From IMG/VR virus record IMGVR_UViG_3300025070_000024, positions 1 through 64,000 of that record: a DNA stretch of 64,000 nucleotides, one strand, 5' to 3'. Within the stretch, counting starts at the first letter, position 1. The number at the start of each line of letters is the position of its first letter. This document shows positions 54,785-60,993 of the stretch, one piece after another. This DNA is from a virus. Under the pieces are notes generated by a model that saw only the letters and a program-made list of their open reading frames with translations, had not been told where the DNA came from and did not search any database. A program made the translations under genes and the position numbers.

Positions 54785-55006
54785 ATGAACATTGAAGCAA
54801 GACAAAAACGTGAAGAGCTATGCTCTACATTACAGCAACAGCATACCACAGCATGGAATGAGTACCACATGTTGGTGCAAGATCTAAAGCAGCACATCCC
54901 TTCAGATAAGCAGGATGAGGTTATGACTATCGTGAAGCGCATGTGTGATGCACACGGCAAAGTCATGGTAGCTAACCATCGCTACGAGGAAACAATGAAA
55001 TCTTGA
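54785..55006 (+). CDS. Hypothetical helical protein
   Basis: MNIEARQKREELC..., with an A/C-rich leader before the ATG. Confidence 0.55.
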   Translation: MNIEARQKREELCSTLQQQHTTAWNEYHMLVQDLKQHIPSDKQDEVMTIVKRMCDAHGKVMVANHRYEETMKS

Positions 55007-55023
55007 ACACAACAAGCAAGACA

Positions 55024-55614
55024 ATGGGTATAGTATACTTAGGGATATTCCTACCACAGAAATCTATTGACCAGCTATTGGTTCCAATAGACACAAACAT
55101 CAAGCATCCACACATTACCATGAAGTACTATGGTACATGGAATCTTGATAGGCTATCTGAAGAAGATCACAGTAAAGTAGGAATACATACTGAGATACAT
55201 CCTTGGGCTATGATTACCTCTAAGGATATTGATGTCCTTATATGTAGAAGGAGTCATGAAGGGATGGGTGATATGCCGCATGTCACTCTGCGGGCGTCTA
55301 ATGGTGCTTTGCCTGTGAACTCTAACAAGTACACAGAAGCATACACTAAGATATTCAAGGCTAGGGTATTCGACTCTAGTCCTCTTGGTGATGCTCAATA
55401 CGAAGCCCTAGACTTCTTTGCCAAAGAGCATCCAGATGCTAAAATCTTCAAGTATGGTACTATTTCACCCATTGCCGCAAGGTGGGGTGTATATACTAGC
55501 GAAGGTGTTAAGTATCAACTGCCATCTAAAAGACTGCCAGGCCCAGATACAATAAGTATCCACCATCCAGACAACTGGAGGTGTATCGAGCCTGAGTATG
55601 ATGCATATGACTAA
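55024..55614 (+). CDS. 2H phosphoesterase (tRNA-ligase CPD/CNPase-like)
   Basis: Two HxT motifs (PHITM, PHVTL) followed by G.LPVNSNK, as in 2H cyclic phosphodiesterases. Confidence 0.7.
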   Translation: MGIVYLGIFLPQKSIDQLLVPIDTNIKHPHITMKYYGTWNLDRLSEEDHSKVGIHTEIHPWAMITSKDIDVLICRRSHEGMGDMPHVTLRASNGALPVNSNKYTEAYTKIFKARVFDSSPLGDAQYEALDFFAKEHPDAKIFKYGTISPIAARWGVYTSEGVKYQLPSKRLPGPDTISIHHPDNWRCIEPEYDAYD

Positions 55615-55828
55615 TAACATGATTATGAAGAACAACGCTATTCTTACAGCACTAGTCTCTTTTATTACATGTATCTATACATGTACCATTGGACTACTCG
55701 TAGGTCTCATCAACTCTGATGACCTACATCCTGACCCCAACGCAACACTTCTATTGGCTCTCATTGGAGGGCTAATAGTTGTGTGCCTATGGATTGCTTT
55801 AGCATCTGCCAACAACAAAGAATCTTAA
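55598..55828 (+). CDS. Small membrane protein with two TM helices
   Basis: Two hydrophobic helices. Confidence 0.55.
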   Translation: MMHMTNNMIMKNNAILTALVSFITCIYTCTIGLLVGLINSDDLHPDPNATLLLALIGGLIVVCLWIALASANNKES

Positions 55829-55830
55829 TC

Positions 55831-56499
55831 ATGTTAATACATCAAGTAATTATCTTACGAGGTCTGCCCGGTGCCGGTAAAACTACCGTGGCTTCTACCT
55901 TAGCATTAGCGTCACGTGGTACAATATGCTCTGCTGACCAATACATGGTTGACAGCAATGGCGAGTACCACTTCGACCCAAAGCGACTGAAAGATTGTCA
56001 TAACCTCTGCTTCGATAAATTCTGCAAAGAGTTAACCAATGCAGTTCAAGACAAGCATTACGACCTTCGTAATCAGGCGTACACTATCATTGTAGATAAC
56101 ACCAACACTCAGTATTGGGAGTTCCAGAAGTATATCAACAAAGTAGCGAACGTGAATCTTCTGCTGAAAGAACTCGGCTCTAGCGACAAATTCATTGTTA
56201 CTCAGCTCATCGTCGAGAATCCATCAGGATTTCAGTCTACACATGATGTTCCTAGTGCTACTATCGCCGCGATGAAAGACCGGTTTGAGGTTTATTTAGG
56301 TCCAGACCATCAGCTTAGTGACTGTCAGGAAGAACAGGTTCAAGAACATCCACCTTACGAAGAAGACGAGTGTGTAGGGTGTGGCAATTTGTATGATGTC
56401 AATGACCCACATTGTGAATGCACTGATCGCGAGGAGCAAGCTCAGGCTATGATGACCGAAGACATGCAAGATTCTATAGACCCTGACTATGATGAATAA
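55831..56499 (+). CDS. P-loop polynucleotide-kinase-like protein (AAA_33/N4BP2-like)
   Basis: ILRGLPGAGKTT, ICSADQY, IIVDNTNTQYWE and HDVP...MKDRFE, with an acidic Cys-containing tail. Confidence 0.85.
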   Translation: MLIHQVIILRGLPGAGKTTVASTLALASRGTICSADQYMVDSNGEYHFDPKRLKDCHNLCFDKFCKELTNAVQDKHYDLRNQAYTIIVDNTNTQYWEFQKYINKVANVNLLLKELGSSDKFIVTQLIVENPSGFQSTHDVPSATIAAMKDRFEVYLGPDHQLSDCQEEQVQEHPPYEEDECVGCGNLYDVNDPHCECTDREEQAQAMMTEDMQDSIDPDYDE

Positions 56500-56809
56500 G
56501 ACTCTAACTAAAATGAGTAGTAGACAGATTCAACACATCTTACGTGATGAGCTTAGGAATCAAAAGCTCAAGCACAGGTCTATGGCATATTTAGCTGACC
56601 GGCATCTGTCAGAACTAAAGAAGTATGCAGCCCTTAAAAACTTTGAGCAAATAGATATTCAATCTCGTTTGCACTCTGAATTTTGCCGAGAGCAACATAT
56701 ATCTAGTGTTGAAATCACGCGTTTAGAGAAAGAGCTGAAATATCAGCAACCTGCACCCAACAGAGTTGCTAAGTTTGTGATGAAACTTAAGATGAGGTTT
56801 AACCTATAA
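56489..56809 (+). CDS. Hypothetical protein
   Basis: ORF overlapping the upstream stop. Confidence 0.55.
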   Translation: MMNKTLTKMSSRQIQHILRDELRNQKLKHRSMAYLADRHLSELKKYAALKNFEQIDIQSRLHSEFCREQHISSVEITRLEKELKYQQPAPNRVAKFVMKLKMRFNL

Positions 56810-56814
56810 CATTG

Positions 56815-57150
56815 TATGATGCCTTGCCTAGGCACCTCAATCTTAAGTAACACGGGGTTTGACTGTGCCTTGTTACCCAATTCAGTTACTATCTAAAAGT
56901 CCTACGCTAATCAATCGTAGGCATTATTTATCAGTCAAGCAATAGTGTACGTGTTACCGCTTGATGTATAGACCACGTACCTGTCCCAGCTTGGACAGCT
57001 TAGTCATAGTTAGAGGGGGTGTAGCTGTTAGTGACGACTACGGTCTCAGTACACCCCTTCCATTTCAGCACAGTCAGGTTTGATAAGCATTTCATTTCAT
57101 CAGAATGGATTACAAAATGCTTATGTGGTTCAATTCCACACTGTGCTCAA
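56815..57150 (+). ncRNA. Putative structured non-coding RNA ending in a tRNA-like domain
   Basis: Several helices, an H-type pseudoknot and a cUACGg tetraloop. 57067-57148 forms a 7-bp acceptor stem plus a 5-bp T-arm with a TTCAATT loop. Confidence 0.55.
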
Positions 57151-57177
57151 TCAACTAAAACATCGAATACACACAAG

Positions 57178-57693
57178 ATGGATATCAGCAAAACAAAGTT
57201 CATTAAGAACCTAGTGTTCAAACAGAGAAGCTACATCGAAGGAGGCAAAGTGTCTTACGGTGACAACCAGAGACACATCAACTATCAAGCTTGGCTTCAC
57301 CTTCCAAACAAGTACAAGCTCTCAATTATCACTGGCCCTGTTGGGACAGGACTAAAATCTGTTCCTAACGTCTATGAAATTGGGTTCTTCTCTTCACTTC
57401 ATGGAGAGATGATTAAGGCACACAAAGAGGTGTACTGTTTCACCAACAAAGAAGGTGTAGAGAAGGAAGTTATTGACTACGATAGCACTGCTGGCTACTT
57501 CACTCTTGAAGGGCTTGAAGAATACCTCGTAGAGATTAGTGGGCGTCCAACTCGTACCATCGAAATGGAGATCGAAGAGGGTTACCTCTGTTCAGTACAT
57601 AAGACAGAGTTAGAATACTCTACCAATAGCCAAGTAATGGAACGCGTGTGTCCTAAATGCGAACCTGGACTCTTTAAATCTGAAGCCGAGTAA
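57178..57693 (+). CDS. Hypothetical protein with a C-terminal zinc ribbon
   Basis: Likely start MDISKTK, with CSVH...CPKC near the end. Confidence 0.6.
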   Translation: MDISKTKFIKNLVFKQRSYIEGGKVSYGDNQRHINYQAWLHLPNKYKLSIITGPVGTGLKSVPNVYEIGFFSSLHGEMIKAHKEVYCFTNKEGVEKEVIDYDSTAGYFTLEGLEEYLVEISGRPTRTIEMEIEEGYLCSVHKTELEYSTNSQVMERVCPKCEPGLFKSEAE

Positions 57694-57695
57694 TC

Positions 57696-58160
57696 ATGAA
57701 AACTATTAAAGAAGATATCTTTTTAGGATGGACAGCAGGTGAACTAGCTATAACATACAAAAGGGCAGCGCTAGATGGACCAACCATCAAAGCACCTGAG
57801 CATACTATCAAACTACTACGTAGATGCTACTCAGATACTATTGAGATACGTGAGTCAGCTATATGCATAGGTATATCCCGCGCTAATAGAATACGCTCAG
57901 TATTTATAGTAGGGGAAGGCGGTACAGCCGGATGCGTGATTGACCCTAAGCTAGTATTCAGCAGACTGCTGCTAGAAAACTGCTCTGCCTTTATCTTATC
58001 TCACAACCATCCTAGTGGCAACACAAACCCTAGTATGGCAGATAAGAAATTGACACGTGATTTTCGAGCTTGTGGTAAAGTACTCGACATACCCTTGCTC
58101 GACCACATAATAGTCACCGACAACTCACACTTCTCGTTTGCTACACACGATATGCTATAA
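57696..58160 (+). CDS. radC: RadC-like JAB-domain protein
   Basis: E...GGTAGCVIDP...SHNHPSGNTNPSMAD...LLDHIIV. Confidence 0.9.
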   Translation: MKTIKEDIFLGWTAGELAITYKRAALDGPTIKAPEHTIKLLRRCYSDTIEIRESAICIGISRANRIRSVFIVGEGGTAGCVIDPKLVFSRLLLENCSAFILSHNHPSGNTNPSMADKKLTRDFRACGKVLDIPLLDHIIVTDNSHFSFATHDML

Positions 58161-58170
58161 CACTATCATC

Positions 58171-58434
58171 ATGCCGCATCCTAAACTCACTCCGACACTC
58201 AAGTCCAAGTATCAAAACAAATGGTACAAGGCCTTAGTAGACAAGATCCAAAAGGATCCCAATGTTCCAGATTGCGAAAGAGTTCAACTCAAACAAGGGT
58301 ATATATTCATTTCTCGTGCTGTAGAACTTGTATTCGAGCACAGCGCAGAAGCACATGCTCTTCTACTAGAACTAAATGAACAGGAACACCTGGATACAGA
58401 TCCAGATGCTACTCGTCTTTTTGATCCGCAATAA
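58171..58434 (+). CDS. Hypothetical protein
   Basis: ATG at 58171 (MPHPKLTP...). Confidence 0.55.
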   Translation: MPHPKLTPTLKSKYQNKWYKALVDKIQKDPNVPDCERVQLKQGYIFISRAVELVFEHSAEAHALLLELNEQEHLDTDPDATRLFDPQ

Positions 58435-58585
58435 CTCTATTTCGGAGATACGCTAGTTCTTGATGAAGCTCTCCTATCATTTGTATGAGCTTTAAGTTTT
58501 GCTGACGCAACTCATCTATTGTTGATTCCAAATGCTGGATTCTATCCATCATTTTCAGTATAAGTTTCGTCTTCTTAAACATCAT
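58409..58585 (-). CDS. 58-aa coiled-coil microprotein on the opposite strand
   Basis: MMFKKTKLILKMMDRIQHLESTIDELRQQNLKLIQMIGELHQELAYLRNRVIADQKDE*. A TATTTTTG element lies upstream. Not in the ORF track. Confidence 0.6.
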   Translation of the reverse strand: MMFKKTKLILKMMDRIQHLESTIDELRQQNLKLIQMIGELHQELAYLRNRVIADQKDE

Positions 58586-58624
58586 TGCAGAGTATTCTCA
58601 AAAATACGATAATTATAGTAAACT

Positions 58625-58915
58625 ATGACGTCTATACTTCAAACAGCTGAGCGCAAACACATGCATTCTATTGTTCAATCATATGAATCTATCAGAATAA
58701 ACTTAATATTAGTTTACCTCTTGATTTTTCTGTGTCTACTTTCTATGTGCCTGTTTGCCCTTATAAGCAAATCATACACTGCAGATCTGTGTATACAATT
58801 CGTACACTCCCTAGGTTTTTTGTATATTGGTATTCGGTATGCTCATACCCGCATACTGCTGAAAAAAGCAAAAGAACAATATGACGTTGCCTTCGAAACC
58901 AGAGGTGTCCTCTGA
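58625..58915 (+). CDS. Small membrane protein
   Basis: Two hydrophobic segments. Confidence 0.5.
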   Translation: MTSILQTAERKHMHSIVQSYESIRINLILVYLLIFLCLLSMCLFALISKSYTADLCIQFVHSLGFLYIGIRYAHTRILLKKAKEQYDVAFETRGVL

Positions 58916-59048
58916 ACCAGTACGAATTTATACTTACTTCCGCAGCGGAGTAGAATTGATTAGCCCCTCTCTGAATATTTCTTTATCCAGGAATGATGGG
59001 CATCAACAAGTAACTTACATAGAGTACAACTATGATGAACCCTCCTGA
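58881..59048 (+). CDS. Hypothetical 55-aa protein
   Basis: MTLPSKPEVSSEPVRIYTYFRSGVELISPSLNISLSRNDGHQQVTYIEYNYDEPS*. It bridges the gap and overlaps both neighbours. Confidence 0.5.
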   Translation: MTLPSKPEVSSEPVRIYTYFRSGVELISPSLNISLSRNDGHQQVTYIEYNYDEPS

Positions 59049-59304
59049 TGACCCAGAGCTTAAGCTCTATAGTGGCGACGTATTTTTAACGATATGCGTT
59101 GTACACACAAAGACAGAAGCTTCTTCTATAGAAGAACTAGAGCAAGACACTCTAAAAGCTGTCAGACGTTTGCTTTCTCCTGATAGTTCAGAGATTGCTA
59201 GCATCAACATAGAGTTAGAAGACTCTGATTTAATGCAAGTCAATCGCGAGCCAGACTGGTGGGATAAAGTTGATGAGGCTAGGGATCATCTTAAAAATAA
59301 ATAA
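59032..59304 (+). CDS. Hypothetical acidic protein
   Basis: ORF in the early cluster. Confidence 0.55.
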   Translation: MMNPPDDPELKLYSGDVFLTICVVHTKTEASSIEELEQDTLKAVRRLLSPDSSEIASINIELEDSDLMQVNREPDWWDKVDEARDHLKNK

Positions 59305-59309
59305 TCTAA

Positions 59310-59504
59310 ATGGCTACGATTTTTGAAAATGTATTCAAATGTGTAGTAGTGCGAGACAAACAATATCGCACTGCTTTCTATTCTCACACAGCAGAACTAG
59401 CTAAGCGAGAAGCACGTATTTATGTACGTGCAAACAAAGACAAAAACATTACTTATGAAATCACACAGCCTGTACAGGTATTTGTGAATAGGCCATATAT
59501 CTAA
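59310..59504 (+). CDS. Hypothetical protein
   Basis: ORF with an A-rich leader. Confidence 0.55.
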   Translation: MATIFENVFKCVVVRDKQYRTAFYSHTAELAKREARIYVRANKDKNITYEITQPVQVFVNRPYI

Positions 59505-59516
59505 TATCTATATGTA

Positions 59517-59547
59517 CTTGCTCATATCAAATAAAGCAGTATATTTG
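59517..59547 (+). promoter_or_regulatory. Canonical Bacteroidota sigma-A promoter (-33 TTG, -7 TATATTTG, 19-nt spacer)
   Basis: CTTG at 59517-59520 and TATATTTG at 59540-59547. Confidence 0.7.
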
Positions 59548-59673
59548 ACTGTGTAGTATAGAGTATATGCAAGTAAGAATGTTTTTCCAAAGTACCTCTT
59601 GCACTCACAATATAGACTTCATATATGTGACGAAAGAGACGTTGTAAGCAGTTTGTTTTATTTGGTTATAGGT

Positions 59674-59700
59674 AAGAGGGCTTCGGCCCTTTTACTTTTT
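59674..59700. terminator. Hairpin terminator with a UUCG loop between convergent units
   Basis: AAGAGGGC-TTCG-GCCCTTTT-ACTTTTT. Confidence 0.8.
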
Positions 59701-60000
59701 CTTCGTGTTTCGGCGACGAGATGAGGGTTTTTTCCCCTTCTTCATGCCATTACGAGCACGATTCTTTGACTGTGATTCCATCACAATCTTACCGCCTTTT
59801 GTATGGGAGGCATCCTTTTTATCCTTATTACCATACGTCCCTGCGCGTCTGTTAGCTCTATTAGCAGCGACGCGCTTCTTTACCGCTGATTTTTTCTTCT
59901 GGTATTGAGCATCATACTTACGCTTCTTTGCGATACTCCTCGCAGTCATGCCACGTTGTTTATACGTGCGCCCTTTACCAGCTAATGAGTTACGTGCCAT
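59692..60000 (-). CDS. Highly basic protein with a degenerate HNH-like motif
   Basis: K/R-rich, contains KKDASHTKGG...ESQSKNRARN. It is a minus-strand gene inside the early region. Confidence 0.65.
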   Translation of the reverse strand: MARNSLAGKGRTYKQRGMTARSIAKKRKYDAQYQKKKSAVKKRVAANRANRRAGTYGNKDKKDASHTKGGKIVMESQSKNRARNGMKKGKKPSSRRRNTKKK

Positions 60001-60056
60001 GCCCTAAAATTTAATCAGTACTAATTTAAATCTTTTACCTCTATTTTTTAAGTATC

Positions 60057-60569
60057 ATGAGTAATCAAGCTAAGAACTTTGTTCGTGTAGTATCCCATTC
60101 TATTCAATCAGACAAGAATGGTCGTGAGTATAACCGTGTGACTCTTCAACAGTTGCAGGGTCGTGAAGAGATTGCTGACCCTGAGACAGGCGAAGCACTG
60201 GCTGTCATTGGTCCAGAGATGACTGTCAATATTACTGGATACAAAATCCCGTACTACTTTGAGCTGGATGACCCGAAGGCACGTCCTGATTATGTGTGGA
60301 ATGCACGTGAAGGGCAGGCTATTCAAGGTGTCATTGTTCGCACTACGGTAGAGCCATATATGATTGGTGAACGTACTGTCTCTACAGCTACTGTGTTTGT
60401 GCAGGGCGATCCAGACGGTGCCGACTTTGAGATGCGTAAGTCTCAAGCCTTTGAGCGTAGCGGTCGCACAATTGTACATCTCGGTGCATTGTTTAGTGAC
60501 GACAGCGTAGTACCTACTCGCGGCAATCGCATTGTAGTACCCGTGTCAAACGAGTCTATCGAGATTTGA
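60057..60569 (+). CDS. Hypothetical protein, possibly OB-fold ssDNA-binding
   Basis: Beta-rich, with biased codons and its own terminator, upstream of the DNA polymerase. The function is an inference only. Confidence 0.45.
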   Translation: MSNQAKNFVRVVSHSIQSDKNGREYNRVTLQQLQGREEIADPETGEALAVIGPEMTVNITGYKIPYYFELDDPKARPDYVWNAREGQAIQGVIVRTTVEPYMIGERTVSTATVFVQGDPDGADFEMRKSQAFERSGRTIVHLGALFSDDSVVPTRGNRIVVPVSNESIEI

Positions 60570-60587
60570 GCACTAAGTAGGTCTTAA

Positions 60588-60623
60588 GAAAGGGGGAGTG
60601 GCAAATGCTGCTCCCTCTTTTTA
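60588..60623 (+). terminator. Rho-independent terminator
   Basis: AGGGGGAGTGGCA-AA-TGCTGCTCCCTCT followed by TTTTT. Confidence 0.8.
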
Positions 60624-60647
60624 TTATCGAGAAGTAAAATATTCAAC

Positions 60648-60980
60648 ATGCCAGTAAAAATACCAACTGAACCTAATGAGGTAGTATACCGTGATAAGAA
60701 CGGTAGAGAGTTTAGCATCGACCAATTAAGCGAAAGCCAGCTCGCGGTAGCACTGTATGATATGTTGCAGAGAAAAGCCAGACATAATCATAAGGTAAAT
60801 AAGATGTTTGACGTAGCTGACAAGCTTAGTCAAGTCGTTGTAGCTATCCACAAAGAGCAAGCATCACGCAAGGCTCCTATCACACTAGAGCCTTACTATA
60901 AATTGCAATGTGCTGCAGACCAAGGCACATTGACATGGGTGCAAACCCAAGTAAACCTCGTGATAGAAGAGGATGAGTAA
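60648..60980 (+). CDS. Hypothetical protein
   Basis: ORF with an A-rich leader. Confidence 0.6.
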   Translation: MPVKIPTEPNEVVYRDKNGREFSIDQLSESQLAVALYDMLQRKARHNHKVNKMFDVADKLSQVVVAIHKEQASRKAPITLEPYYKLQCAADQGTLTWVQTQVNLVIEEDE

Positions 60981-60993
60981 CTAATTTAACGTA

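Noticed and set aside
56940-57010. HDV-like (theta) or hammerhead ribozyme next to the tRNA-like element
   Set aside because: I could not find the P1.1 GG, a P2 pairing or the CUGANGA/GAAA cores, so it is kept only as an unknown structured RNA.
57031-57177. N-terminal extension of the 220-aa ORF in the track
   Set aside because: It runs through the structured tRNA-like element. ATG 57178 with an A-rich leader is the better start.
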